Numbered from the stretch's first letter, positions 49,773 through 59,733 are shown. The stretch: DNA of 64,000 nucleotides from Vulcanimicrobiota bacterium (GCA_963733295.1 CAVTCS010000003.1:128001-192000), one strand, 5' to 3'. Made by a program: numbers and translations. Notes: generated by a model not told the origin, from the sequence alone.

Positions 49773-50659
49773 AGCCGAAGCGACTCCCGCGCGCGGACGT
49801 ACGCGGGCGGTTCGGGCGCTTCGAAGGCGAGCGACTCGCCGCTCAACGGATGCCGAAAGCGCAGACGCCACGCGTGGAGCGCTTGTCCCGGTAACTCGAT
49901 GCGCGGATCGAGCTTTCCGTACACGGGATCGTTGATGATGGGGTGTCCGAAACCGGCCATGTGAACCCGGATCTGATGCGTGCGTCCCGTTTCGAGTTTG
50001 AAAACCAGCTCGCTTGCCGCACGCAGTTCCTCGCGTACCTCGTAGTGCGTTACGGCCGGCTTGCCGTCGGCGACGATCGCGTAACGGAAGCGGTTGTGAG
50101 GGTCGCGGCCGATTGCGCCGTCGATCGTTCCGATGCGATGCTCCGGGATGCCGCGAGCTAGGCCCAGATATTCGCGTTCGATCGCGCGCCGCATCATGGC
50201 TTTGCCGAGCGCGGTCAGCGCGCGCTCCGTCTTAGCGACGATCAGAAGGCCGGACGTGTCGCGGTCGAGCCGGTGTACGAGACCTGCGCGCACCGGCTCG
50301 CCCGGCAGCGCGCCGGCGTGCGCGAGCAGCGCGTTGACGAGCGTTCCGTCGCGCGCGCCGTGCGCCGGATGGGTGACCATCCCGGCCGCCTTGTCGACGA
50401 CGAGCAACGCCTCGTCTTCGTACACGATCGAAATCGGCAAGTCTTGCGGCAAGGCTTCGAGCGGACGCGCTTCGGGCAGCACGAACTCGAGCACGTCACC
50501 TTCTTCGACGGGAGCGCTCGCTTTGGGAATGGTGCCGTTCAGGCGAACCGTACCGTTGCGCAGCGCGCTCGCGACGATCGAGCGCGACGCGCCGCTACGG
50601 TGCGCGATGACGACGTCGCAGCGCATGCCGGATTCCTCGGCAGCGACGACGTGCGTCAG
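49769..50659 (-). CDS. rluD: RluA/RluD-family pseudouridine synthase
   Basis: S4-like N-terminus, VDKAAGMVTHP, VHRLDRDTSG, TGRTHQIRVH, QALHA; probable CTG start overlapping the lspA stop. Confidence 0.92.
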   Translation of the reverse strand: MTHVVAAEESGMRCDVVIAHRSGASRSIVASALRNGTVRLNGTIPKASAPVEEGDVLEFVLPEARPLEALPQDLPISIVYEDEALLVVDKAAGMVTHPAHGARDGTLVNALLAHAGALPGEPVRAGLVHRLDRDTSGLLIVAKTERALTALGKAMMRRAIEREYLGLARGIPEHRIGTIDGAIGRDPHNRFRYAIVADGKPAVTHYEVREELRAASELVFKLETGRTHQIRVHMAGFGHPIINDPVYGKLDPRIELPGQALHAWRLRFRHPLSGESLAFEAPEPPAYVRARESLRL

Positions 50660-51126
50660 GCCGGCGGTAACTTCGCCTCGGCGGTGACTTTGCGGTCGCG
50701 CAGAATCGTCGCGAGGACGAGCATTCCGACGCCGATGGTGATGCACGAGTCGGCCACATTGAAGACGGGCCACCAGCGCAAGTCGATAAAATCGACGACG
50801 AACGAGTAGTGAAAGCGGTCGACGATGTTGCCGAACGCACCGCCGACGATCGCTCCGAAGGCGATCCGCACCATGGGCGAATGCCGCGCGACGTCCCGGA
50901 ACGCGTACCAGAACAGCGCGAGCACGCCGAGCGCCATGGCTACGAGCAGCCAGGTTTGCGTGCCGAACAAACCGAATGCGCCGGCGCGATTCTGGACATA
51001 CGTCCAATAGAGAACGTGCGGTATGAAGATCCGGCTTTCACCGGGATCGAACGTCGTGACGACGACGTGCTTGGTCCACTGGTCGAGCGCGAGTACGGCG
51101 AGCGCCGACAACCACAGCAAGTTCAT
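50656..51126 (-). CDS. lspA: Lipoprotein signal peptidase II
   Basis: DQWTK, N.GAFG, GGAFGNIVDR, VVDFI, FNVADS. Confidence 0.96.
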   Translation of the reverse strand: MNLLWLSALAVLALDQWTKHVVVTTFDPGESRIFIPHVLYWTYVQNRAGAFGLFGTQTWLLVAMALGVLALFWYAFRDVARHSPMVRIAFGAIVGGAFGNIVDRFHYSFVVDFIDLRWWPVFNVADSCITIGVGMLVLATILRDRKVTAEAKLPPA

Positions 51127-51845
51127 AGCGACGGCGTCGGCACGTACTGGTAGAAGAAACCCGCGACGCGCGTGAACAGATCGGAAGCGACGATGATTCC
51201 CGTGACGACCAGGATCGCGCCGGACGTGACCTCGATCGCCGGGAGAAAGCGCTTGACCCGATTCAACGCGCCGAGGGACTGGGTGATCGCGGCCGCCGTG
51301 ATGAGGAACGGAACCGCCAGACCCATCGAATAGACGAAGAGCAGAAAGGTCGCTTGAGGCAACTTCTCTTGCGACGCGAGGAAGAGGATGGCCGACAGGA
51401 TCGGACCGATGCACGGCGACCATCCTGCCGCAAAGCCCAAGCCGACGATGAACGAAACCCAAAGCGACGGCTTGCGAGCACGCTGGTGGATCCGCTTGTC
51501 CATATTGAGCCAGGGAATGCGCAGCACGCCCATCATGTGCAGGCCGAGGACGATGATCACGATGCCGCCGAGAACCTCGACGATCCGTTTGTTGTTCTCA
51601 AAGACCGAGCCGATGGCGCTTGCCGAGAGCCCGATCAAGATGAAGATGACGGTGAATCCGCCCACGAACGCGAGCGCGTGCGCGAAGATGTGCGCCTTGG
51701 CGGCGGAGGACGTCTCGGCCTTGAGATCCTCCAGGCTCGTCCCGGTCAGGAAGGAGAGATAGCTTGGAACGAGCGGCAGAACGCAGGGCGATACGAAGGA
51801 CACGAGTCCCGCGAGGAACGCGGTCAGGACGTTGAGCTGGTGCAT
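51123..51845 (-). CDS. ccdA: Cytochrome c biogenesis protein CcdA
   Basis: SFVSPCVLPLVP.Y and GWSPCIGPIL. Confidence 0.93.
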   Translation of the reverse strand: MHQLNVLTAFLAGLVSFVSPCVLPLVPSYLSFLTGTSLEDLKAETSSAAKAHIFAHALAFVGGFTVIFILIGLSASAIGSVFENNKRIVEVLGGIVIIVLGLHMMGVLRIPWLNMDKRIHQRARKPSLWVSFIVGLGFAAGWSPCIGPILSAILFLASQEKLPQATFLLFVYSMGLAVPFLITAAAITQSLGALNRVKRFLPAIEVTSGAILVVTGIIVASDLFTRVAGFFYQYVPTPSL

Positions 51846-51892
51846 TGGGAACCCGATAGGCTTCTCGCTTTTCACCGCTAACCTTCGCGGAC

Positions 51893-52753
51893 GTGCCGCT
51901 TCTTGCCGACGTCCAGCACTGGTTTACCTATCCGAATTTTGACCCCGTCGCTTTCCGGCTGGGCCCGATCGCGGTGCACTGGTACGGCCTCTCATATCTG
52001 GCCGGGTTTATCTGCGTCGGCCTGTGGATGGCGCGCCCGGCGGGTCGCCGGCGCCTCGGCCTGACGGTGGAGCAGATCCAGGATTTCCTGGTCTACGCTC
52101 TGGCCGGCGTCTTGATCGGCGGCCGGACCTTTTTTGTGATCGCCGACATCGTCACCAAGCACGATGCATCGCTCTACTTCGGCGACATGCCGCGCAGCTT
52201 GCTCAACGTGATCGCGGTTTGGAACGGCGGCATGGGCTTCTTCGGGGGTTTGATCGGCGTGCTCGTCGCGGTCGCCGTCTACGTGCGGCGCCATCCTCCG
52301 CTGACGTTTGCGGTCCTCGCCGACGAGATCGTCGTGATGTTGCCCATCGGCTTGGCGCTCACGCGCATCGTGAATTTCGTCAACGACGAACTGTGGGGCA
52401 ACGTCTGCGTGCCCGATCAGCCCTGGTGCATCAGGTTTCCGAACGCCCCCACCAGCGACTATCGCTACCCCTCGCAGTTGATCGAGTCGCTCCTCGACAT
52501 CCTCGTGCTGCCGATCGTCCTGCTGGTTTACCGGCGCAAACCGCCCGATGGCGTGGTCGCTTGGACATGGTTCACGCTGTACGGGGTGACGCGCTCGCTG
52601 GCCGAGATTTGGCGTCAAACCGATCTCGCAATCGGGCCGTTGACCGGCGGCCAGCTGCTCGCCTTGCCGATGATTGCGATCGGCATCGCGCTCGTCGTTC
52701 TGGCTTACCGCCGGAACGCGCACACGTGGCCGAAGCCCGCTCCCGCCGCATAG
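51893..52753 (+). CDS. lgt: Prolipoprotein diacylglyceryl transferase
   Basis: HWYG, GGR, W.GGM.F.GG, R..NF.N.ELWG, RYPSQL. Confidence 0.93.
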   Translation: MPLLADVQHWFTYPNFDPVAFRLGPIAVHWYGLSYLAGFICVGLWMARPAGRRRLGLTVEQIQDFLVYALAGVLIGGRTFFVIADIVTKHDASLYFGDMPRSLLNVIAVWNGGMGFFGGLIGVLVAVAVYVRRHPPLTFAVLADEIVVMLPIGLALTRIVNFVNDELWGNVCVPDQPWCIRFPNAPTSDYRYPSQLIESLLDILVLPIVLLVYRRKPPDGVVAWTWFTLYGVTRSLAEIWRQTDLAIGPLTGGQLLALPMIAIGIALVVLAYRRNAHTWPKPAPAA

Positions 52754-52788
52754 GGAAAGCGTCCGTCTTACCGGAAAACTCTGGGTCC

Positions 52789-53484
52789 ATGAAGCTTGAA
52801 GTCGGCGTCGCGCCTACCGGCGACCCGAATTCGTTCGCGGGGCGGATCGATTCCTTACGGGAACGAATCGCTGAAAGCGCGCTTCGTGCGGGTCGCGATC
52901 CCGGGTCGATCGCGCTCGTCGGGATCACCAAACAATGCTCGCGCGAGACGATCCTCGCGGCGATCGCCGCCGGTCTCGACGACATCGGCGAGAACTACCT
53001 CCAAGAAGCGCGCGAGAAGTACGTCGCCCTTCCGGCGGTTCGCAAGCACTTTGTGGGGCACGTTCAGACGAACAAAGCGCGCGCGATCGTGGAACTGTTC
53101 GACGTGGTTCAATCGATCGACCGTCTCGACGCGGGACGAGCCATCGGAAGAGCTCAGCGTGCGCTCGGAAAGCAGATGCGCGCGCTCGTGCAGGTCAACA
53201 TCTCGCCGAGCGAGCGGTTCGGGATCGCACCCGCCGATGCGCCGGAACTCGCGCGGCGGCTGCGTGAGGAGGAAGGCCTCGACGTTGACGGCGTGATGGC
53301 GATCGGTCCGGCGACCGGCGACCGCGCCGAGATCGCGCGCGCCTTCGACTGCGCCGCGCGGACCTTCGAACGGGTCGGCGGTTCGACCCTCTCCCTCGGG
53401 ATGTCGGCCGATTGGCCGGAAGCGATCGCCCACGGTTCGACGATGCTGCGCATCGGGACCGCCCTGTTTGGAGCACGCAATTGA
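52789..53484 (+). CDS. yggS: YggS/PROSC PLP-binding protein
   Basis: ITK, GENY.QE, HFVG.VQTNK, LVQVN, LSLGMSAD, RIGTALFG. Confidence 0.95.
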   Translation: MKLEVGVAPTGDPNSFAGRIDSLRERIAESALRAGRDPGSIALVGITKQCSRETILAAIAAGLDDIGENYLQEAREKYVALPAVRKHFVGHVQTNKARAIVELFDVVQSIDRLDAGRAIGRAQRALGKQMRALVQVNISPSERFGIAPADAPELARRLREEEGLDVDGVMAIGPATGDRAEIARAFDCAARTFERVGGSTLSLGMSADWPEAIAHGSTMLRIGTALFGARN

Positions 53485-53945
53485 ACGATCGTGACGAAGC
53501 CGAAGTCGCAGCCAAGACGAGCGTCCTGCACCGTATCGGGTCGTTCTTCTCGCTGCGCGAAGACGAAGAAGAGTTCTACGACGACGAACCCGAGACGCCG
53601 CGGCGCAACGTCGTAGCTTTCTCGCGAGAGACTCGCCGGAGCGGGCCCGAGGTTGCGCTCTTCGCGCCGCGCGCCTTCGCCGACGTTACCGACATTGCCG
53701 ACGCGCTGCGCTCGCGGCGAGTGGCGATCGTCAACTTGCAAGGCGTCGATCGTGCCTTGCTTCAGCGTATCGTCGATTTCACGTCCGGCGTCGCCTACAC
53801 TCTGGACGGTAAGATCCAGAAGCTGGCCGACGCGATGTACCTGGTCGTGCCGCCGGGCGTCGCGGTGAACTCGCAGGGTCTCCGCGATTCGCTCGGGGGT
53901 GAAACGTTGCTCGATTTCATGATGAACCGGACCGAGGGCCGATGA
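53481..53945 (+). CDS. sepF: Cell division protein SepF
   Basis: P..F.D...IAD.L, IVNL, RIVDF.SG..Y.LDG; TTGA overlap start. Confidence 0.92.
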   Translation: MNDRDEAEVAAKTSVLHRIGSFFSLREDEEEFYDDEPETPRRNVVAFSRETRRSGPEVALFAPRAFADVTDIADALRSRRVAIVNLQGVDRALLQRIVDFTSGVAYTLDGKIQKLADAMYLVVPPGVAVNSQGLRDSLGGETLLDFMMNRTEGR

Positions 53946-54445
53946 ACAAGATCACCGTTGTCGACATCCAGCACAAGACGTTCAAGAAGGCTTTGCAAGG
54001 CTACGATCGCACCGAGGTCGACCGGTTTCTCGACGACATCATCGAGACGCTCGAAGACGACGCTCAGCAGCACGCCGCGCTCGAAGCCGAGATCGCCGAT
54101 ATGAAAGAGCGTATAAGCCACTTCAAGGCAATGGAGGAATCGCTCCAAAACACGCTGCTGCTCGCGCAGCGAACCGCCGATGAAGTCAAGGCTTCAGCGC
54201 ATAAGGAGGCCGACTTGATTCGCGCCGAGGCGCGTGTCGCCGTCGAAAAGGAGATGGCCTCGTACGGCGACCGCTCGTCCGAAGCTCGACGCGAATATCA
54301 GCGCGTCGTCGAGACCGTCGAGAAGGCCAAAAGCGAGCTGCGGAGTTTGCTCACGACGCATCTCGCGCTGCTCGAAAGGACCACGCCGGCCTTTCCGGAT
54401 CAAGTGCCGCTCAACGGCACGCTGACGGCACGAGTCGAGCACTGA
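53942..54445 (+). CDS. divIVA: DivIVA-domain protein
   Basis: IT..DI..KTF...LQGYD..EVD.FLD followed by coiled coil. Confidence 0.93.
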   Translation: MNKITVVDIQHKTFKKALQGYDRTEVDRFLDDIIETLEDDAQQHAALEAEIADMKERISHFKAMEESLQNTLLLAQRTADEVKASAHKEADLIRAEARVAVEKEMASYGDRSSEARREYQRVVETVEKAKSELRSLLTTHLALLERTTPAFPDQVPLNGTLTARVEH

Positions 54446-54454
54446 GCCAAGGCG

Positions 54455-55219
54455 ATGTCGAAATCCGAGGCCGTTGCCTCTGCCCAGCCGCGAATTTATC
54501 CGACGGCGCGGGCGGTGCTGTTCTTCGGCGCCGGTCCCGCGGAGTTGGCCAGCCGGCGCTTCTCCGTCGAAGGCCGCCGGGTGCAAGGTCTGCGCTTCAG
54601 ACGCTTAACCTTGCTGGTCTCGTACGTCGATCAAGCCGCGTACTCGCCCGAGGAACTCGAACGACGGCGTAGCGACCTCGATTTCTTACGCGTCGAAGCG
54701 CGCATCCACGAGCGCATCGTCGAGCGAGCCGGCGCGCACGGCGTACCGGTCGCCCCGGCACGGCTCCTCACCGCATTCCCCGATCCCGAGACGCTCGAAG
54801 AGTTCGCGAGTGCGAACTACGCGCGCTGGTACCGTGCTCTGCCCCGCGTCGGCGACAAGCGCGAGTTGGTGGTGCACGCTTTCGCTGGACCGCACGCCGC
54901 CCCCGAGCGGGCTCCCTACCTTCTGCGCGTCACCCCCTTCGTCGTCCGCACGGCGCGTGGTTGGCAGCCGAAATGCGAGCGGCGCTTCATGGAGCACGTG
55001 CTCGTCATCTCCGGCGCCTGCTCGACGGCAGCCACGGCGACGCGCCGCCTCGCACTCCCATCGCGACGCGGCGCGTTATACAGCGCAGCATATCTCGTGG
55101 ATGAGGCCGGCGCCGAAAAACTGCGGCTCGCGCTGGCGGACAACCAGACTGCCGGCGCGGCCCTGGGCATCACGACGTACCTGGAAGGCCCTCGCCCGCC
55201 GTTCAGTTTCTTCGCCTAA
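54455..55219 (+). CDS. GvpL/GvpF-like protein
   Basis: HERIVE..PVAPARL motif, AAYLV, C-terminal GPRPPFSF resembling GPWPPYSF. Confidence 0.6.
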   Translation: MSKSEAVASAQPRIYPTARAVLFFGAGPAELASRRFSVEGRRVQGLRFRRLTLLVSYVDQAAYSPEELERRRSDLDFLRVEARIHERIVERAGAHGVPVAPARLLTAFPDPETLEEFASANYARWYRALPRVGDKRELVVHAFAGPHAAPERAPYLLRVTPFVVRTARGWQPKCERRFMEHVLVISGACSTAATATRRLALPSRRGALYSAAYLVDEAGAEKLRLALADNQTAGAALGITTYLEGPRPPFSFFA

Positions 55220-55295
55220 CCCGGGCGGAGCAACCGCGCAGGCTGGAAACGCCGCCGTAAGATCGGCGCAAAGCGCGTCCGTCATAGTCGATCCA

Positions 55296-55895
55296 ATGGA
55301 TGGAATCGAATTGATGGCGAGCGCGATGCACGCGGCACAGGCACGGCTCGACGTCTCGGCGGATAACCTTGCGAACGTTTCGAGCGACGGTTTCGAACGG
55401 CACATCGCCCGTACGTCGCTGACCGCGGGGGGCATCGTCGCGCAGCGCGACCTCGATGCCGCGCGCGGCTCTTTGCGCCACACCGGGCGGAGTTTCGACC
55501 TCGCGACGACAAGCGGTGCGCTCGTGCTCGACGACCGCGGGCGCAGCGTCGAGGGGCGCTCGGGTTCGTTCGTTCTCGACGGCGCCGGACACTTACGCGA
55601 CCCGCACGGACGGCTGCTGATGGCCGAGTCGGGGCCGCTCGTCGCGCGTCCGGGCGCTTCGATCGACGCTCGCGGCGTCGTGCGCGATGGCGATAACGTG
55701 CTCGGAAAACTCCGGTTATTGCACGGAACGGCCGTCGAAAGTGGCTTTCTCGAAGCCTCAAACGTCGACGCCGTGAAAGAAATGGTCGACATCCTCTCGG
55801 CACAGCGAGCTTTCGAGACGGCACAGAAGACGCTCTCAGCGCTCGACGACGCGCGCTCGAAAGCCGTCAACGACGTCGTGCGGGTGAAGGCGTGA
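55296..55895 (+). CDS. flgF: Flagellar basal-body rod protein (FlgF-like)
   Basis: ADNLAN.SSDGF, TGR.FDLA, LEASNVD.VKEMV, QRAFE. Confidence 0.8.
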   Translation: MDGIELMASAMHAAQARLDVSADNLANVSSDGFERHIARTSLTAGGIVAQRDLDAARGSLRHTGRSFDLATTSGALVLDDRGRSVEGRSGSFVLDGAGHLRDPHGRLLMAESGPLVARPGASIDARGVVRDGDNVLGKLRLLHGTAVESGFLEASNVDAVKEMVDILSAQRAFETAQKTLSALDDARSKAVNDVVRVKA

Positions 55896-56614
55896 ACCGC
55901 GCACTGTACGCAGCGGCGAGCGGGATGGCGGCACAGCAGCGCAACTTGGACGTGGTCGCCGACAACCTCGCCAACGCCGACGTCGTCGGCTTCAAGAGCG
56001 CGACCGCGACCTTTTCGACGCTCGGTGCGGACGCGCAGCTCGGCACGGCCTTCGCCGGGGGACGGACGAGCTTCGCCCAGGGGAAACTCGAACGCAGCGG
56101 AGGCCCGTTCGACGTTGCGATCGACGGCACCGGATTCTTCACCGTCGAACGCGACGGGGAGGTCGCTTACACGCGCGCCGGCTCGTTCTCGCGCTCTGCG
56201 GACGGGCGTCTGCGCAACGCGACCGGCTGGGCGCTGCGGGGCATCCGGATTCCCGCCGAAGCAACCTCCCTCGCGGTGGCGGCCGACGGCCGCGTAAGTC
56301 TCGAATCGCCCGGCCACGGCCGGCGTGAAGCCGGTCGCATTCGGCTCGCCGTTTTTGCGGCACCGGAACTGCTGCGCCCGGTGGGGACGGCGCTGTTCGC
56401 CGCGACGCAGGGCTCAGGCTCTCCGCGCGAACTTCCCGCCGGCGGCGACCGCCAGACGAAGATCGTGTTCGGCTCGCTCGAGAAATCCAACGTCTCGATC
56501 GTCGAGTCGATGATGGCGATCCTCGCCGCGCAACGTGCCTACGAAGCAAATGCAAAGGGCGTGCAAGCCAGCGACGAGATGCTGCGGATCGTCAACAATT
56601 TGCACCGCAGCTGA
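55892..56614 (+). CDS. flgG: Flagellar basal-body rod protein FlgG
   Basis: ALY.AASGM.AQQ, NLAN...GFK, G.GFF, YTR.G.F, LEKSNV, QRAYEAN. Confidence 0.88.
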   Translation: MNRALYAAASGMAAQQRNLDVVADNLANADVVGFKSATATFSTLGADAQLGTAFAGGRTSFAQGKLERSGGPFDVAIDGTGFFTVERDGEVAYTRAGSFSRSADGRLRNATGWALRGIRIPAEATSLAVAADGRVSLESPGHGRREAGRIRLAVFAAPELLRPVGTALFAATQGSGSPRELPAGGDRQTKIVFGSLEKSNVSIVESMMAILAAQRAYEANAKGVQASDEMLRIVNNLHRS

Positions 56615-56685
56615 GATCGTTACGTCTGCGTGCGCCGTTCCGAAAGAGAGAATGCGATAGCGGTGGCGAAGACCGGGGTGCGCTC

Positions 56686-56922
56686 ATGAGCGAAATGCGC
56701 GGAAACCCGAATCGGATTGCCGAGCTGCGAACCGTCGTTGTCGACGGGTTTGCCAAGATGAACGCGCGCTTCGATGGTCTTCAGAGTAAAGTTGATTTTA
56801 TTGCTGCGGCCGCCGCTTCTCACGACGAATCAATAAGCGATGTTCACGCCGTCGTCATTCGCATCGAGCGGCGAATGGATCGTCAAGAGCATCGGATCGA
56901 ACGACTGGAAGATCGAGGGTAG
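56686..56922 (+). CDS. Small coiled-coil hypothetical protein
   Basis: 78 aa, heptad-like RIERRMDRQEHRIERLE. Confidence 0.5.
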   Translation: MSEMRGNPNRIAELRTVVVDGFAKMNARFDGLQSKVDFIAAAAASHDESISDVHAVVIRIERRMDRQEHRIERLEDRG

Positions 56923-57092
56923 CCGGGATGACGATACGCTGCGACGGAATGAGCTCGAACGACAATCTGTTGTAGCTTCGTCAAGCGGTATTTCCTCCAT
57001 GACCGCGATACGTTCGTCAGCGCGCTTGGTTCTCGGAATGTCGCGCTGACGATGTGCACCGCATACCACAAGCGATCCAAAGGCCTGCACGT

Positions 57093-57593
57093 TCATGAGT
57101 CGGCCCCGAACCTGCCTCGCAGAACGGCTCGAAGCGATAGTGCGCTGTCGGCCTTGCCGATCGCGAACGCACCGAAACAGAGCGCGAGCACCGAGTGATC
57201 GAGCGAGGCCCCAAAATATTGCCAGAGCGCAACGCCCGGTCCAGGGTAGTTCGACGAAAAGAGCAGCGACAGCATATAAATGATTCCGCAAATGCTTGCG
57301 GGGCGCACGAGAACCCCAAGCACGAGCGCCAAGCCGATTGCAAGCTCGCCGAATGCTACAAGAAAGGCGATCGGCGTCGCATGCGGCAGAACGAAGCCGC
57401 GCAGGATGGGAATCATGAAAGGATACGCTGCCCCATCGTTGAGGAATCGGTGAATCCACATCTCGAAACCCCCGTCACGCGTAAATTGCGTCCCGACGAC
57501 TTTGTATTCAGCGAAAATCAGAAACAGAATGCCGATAGCGATCCGTAGGAGCGCTAGCGCGCGAGAATTGGCGTCAATCGATCGAAAGCGCAT
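57093..57593 (-). CDS. DoxX/DoxD-family membrane protein
   Basis: LLRIAIG, GELAIGLALVLG...R.A motif; 4 TM. Confidence 0.8.
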   Translation of the reverse strand: MRFRSIDANSRALALLRIAIGILFLIFAEYKVVGTQFTRDGGFEMWIHRFLNDGAAYPFMIPILRGFVLPHATPIAFLVAFGELAIGLALVLGVLVRPASICGIIYMLSLLFSSNYPGPGVALWQYFGASLDHSVLALCFGAFAIGKADSALSLRAVLRGRFGADS

Positions 57594-57618
57594 CGGTTTA
57601 GAGAATCTAGCGGGCTAA

Positions 57619-58665
57619 CTAGGCGCGCGAAGCCGGGAGCGCTTCTCGTAGCGCCGCAGGGAGCACGCGCACGATCGCCGCCCGGACCTTGGCTTCGTTC
57701 CGCTGATACCAGATGCCGAGTCCGATCGTCGCGAGGCCGATTAACGTCAGCACGAACGGAAACGCCAACGAGTTGGGAAAGACCGACCACGCCAGCGTGG
57801 TGAGATACGTGAACACCCCGAGGCCGCCGAAAACGGTCAACGCGCGGCGACCCAGGACGACCGAGAGCGCGAAGATGACGACCGAGATCCCGCCGAAGAG
57901 CGCCAGCTTCGCGTGGTCGTTCGGGTCCACGAGCATCGAAAGCCCGGCGTAAAGTGCCGCGCCGCCGTAGATGTAACCCCAGAACGCATAGTCCTCACGC
58001 GTCCGCCGATCGATCGCAATCGAGCCCAGAAGCATCGCAACGCCGAAGAGGATCGTGATGATTTGCCAGTGCTCCCAATAGTGCGGGCTGAAGGGCGGCG
58101 CTCGGAGGATGAACGCCACCGCATCCATCGAGAAATACCAGAGCGAGAATGCGATCGGCATCGTGATGAAGGGAAAGCGCACGAATTTCAGCGCGGCTAG
58201 GCCGACGAAGACCGTGGCTATCTCCATGAAAATCCAGCTCTGATGAACGAGCGAATAAAAGTCCGAGTAAGACCCAGGGTTATCTCCGGCCCAGAGGTTG
58301 AGTATCCGCTCGAGGCTGTACACCGTAAGCGGCGTCATGCAAACCGCCGCCGTCACGAGGATTCCGCCCGGGCGCCGCGTGGCGGGCTCTTGGAATAATT
58401 TGTAGCCGAGCAATCCGAGGCCGGCCATATAGAAAACCGAGAGGCAGAGAACGAGCGCGGACGAGTTCCAGGCCAGCGACATGAAGAACGTCATCGCGCC
58501 GATTACGAGCAAGCCGCCGAAATAGTAGAGCACGTTGGCGCCGGTGAAGGTCGCGGCGCCGTGCGAGCGGCGCTCCTCGAGCGTCGACCAGAGCCGAGCG
58601 GCGGCCGTTTCGTCGATTCCGGCCGCGCTCGCGGCTTCGATCAGTTCGACCTTCGTAACGTTCAC
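57619..58665 (-). CDS. Polytopic membrane protein (DUF2157-like)
   Basis: AAGIDE..A..LW N-terminus, YYFGGLLVIGAM, about 10 TM; AAGGAG RBS. Confidence 0.7.
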   Translation of the reverse strand: MNVTKVELIEAASAAGIDETAAARLWSTLEERRSHGAATFTGANVLYYFGGLLVIGAMTFFMSLAWNSSALVLCLSVFYMAGLGLLGYKLFQEPATRRPGGILVTAAVCMTPLTVYSLERILNLWAGDNPGSYSDFYSLVHQSWIFMEIATVFVGLAALKFVRFPFITMPIAFSLWYFSMDAVAFILRAPPFSPHYWEHWQIITILFGVAMLLGSIAIDRRTREDYAFWGYIYGGAALYAGLSMLVDPNDHAKLALFGGISVVIFALSVVLGRRALTVFGGLGVFTYLTTLAWSVFPNSLAFPFVLTLIGLATIGLGIWYQRNEAKVRAAIVRVLPAALREALPASRA

Positions 58666-58832
58666 GGTCGTGCTCCTTGAGCGCAGGGGTTTCGTGTTCT
58701 CGACGATTGCACGAGCGCCTTTACCGAAACAGCAGCGTCATGGAGGTGAAATGCTCGTAGCTTAACGTTGCTCATCGACATGAATCGTTGCTACGAACAA
58801 CCGCAGCGCTCGTCGTGACGAAGCTGGATTCG

Positions 58833-59070
58833 ATGGACGCTCTGCCGGGCACGCTCTCGCGCGGGGAGCGCCTGGGGGACGGGCGCCGAGCGGGTTTCGG
58901 CGGCCGAGCAGTGCGCCGCGTTACTCTTTGCCCAGGCGTTAAAGCCGCTCGCCAAAGCGCTCGGCTTCTACGGTGACGCCGTCGTGTCGGCCGCAGCGCT
59001 AGCGGCGGCACGTGCCGAACATGGCGGCTTGCGCGACGTCTTCGAACGCGCGCTCGGATCCGAACGGTGA
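58833..59070 (+). CDS. Small protein, weakly FlgJ rod-binding-like, split by a +1 frame break
   Basis: Frame ending at the GTGA overlap with fliA encodes AAEQCAALLFAQALKPL..GGLRDVFERAL, but has no canonical start upstream of this motif; ATG 58833 is one frame off. Confidence 0.4.
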
Positions 59071-59733
59071 GCGACGAACGCGAACTGCAGATTCGCAGGC
59101 TCTTTCCGCTCGTGCGTCGCGTCGCGCGGCGCGTTGCCCACATGGTGCGCGCGGCAGATCCTGACGACCTCATCGGGGACGGCGCGATCGGCTTGATTCG
59201 AGCCGTCGATACTTTCGATCCCACGCGCGGAACAAAGCTCGAGGCCTACGCCCGGCGTCTGATCCTGGGCACGATGCTCAACGGTTTGCGACGGCTCGAC
59301 CCGGTCTCCGAACGGGTTCGCCGCCGAATGCGCGAAGCCGAACGCAAACGCTTCGAACTCGCACAAGAGCTGGGGTCCCTTCCAACGTTCTGCGAACTCG
59401 AACGAGACGATCCCGGCGTTACGCGCGGCGCGCGTGAAGGCGTATCGTCAGTCTGCGCTCTCGCTGGACGCGCCGCTGCCGGGCGAGCCGAACGTTCTGG
59501 CCGACTTCGGCGCCGATCCGCAAGCGGAACTCGAGCTGCATGCAGGTGCTGCCGAGTTGCGCGCAGCGCTGGCTCGACTCCCCCCGCGCCAACGCCGCAT
59601 CCTCGAGCTTCACTACTACGGCGAACTGTCGCTGCACGCGATCGGCAAGCGGATGAGCGTTTCCCCGCAGCGCGTTTCGCAGCTTCACCTCGAGGCGCTC
59701 GCACGCTTGCGCAAGTGCATGCCGCCGGCGTGA
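59067..59733 (+). CDS. fliA: FliA/WhiG-type sigma28 factor, split by a +1 frame break near 59412
   Basis: DDLI..G.IGL..A...FDP.RG (region 2) in frame 0; SLDAP and LP.RQ....LHYY.ELSL..IG..M.VS..RVSQLH (region 4) in the +1 frame. Confidence 0.85.

Noticed and set aside
57014..57052. 11-bp inverted repeat between convergent genes
   Set aside because: 17-nt loop and no U-tract; at most a generic terminator or stabiliser
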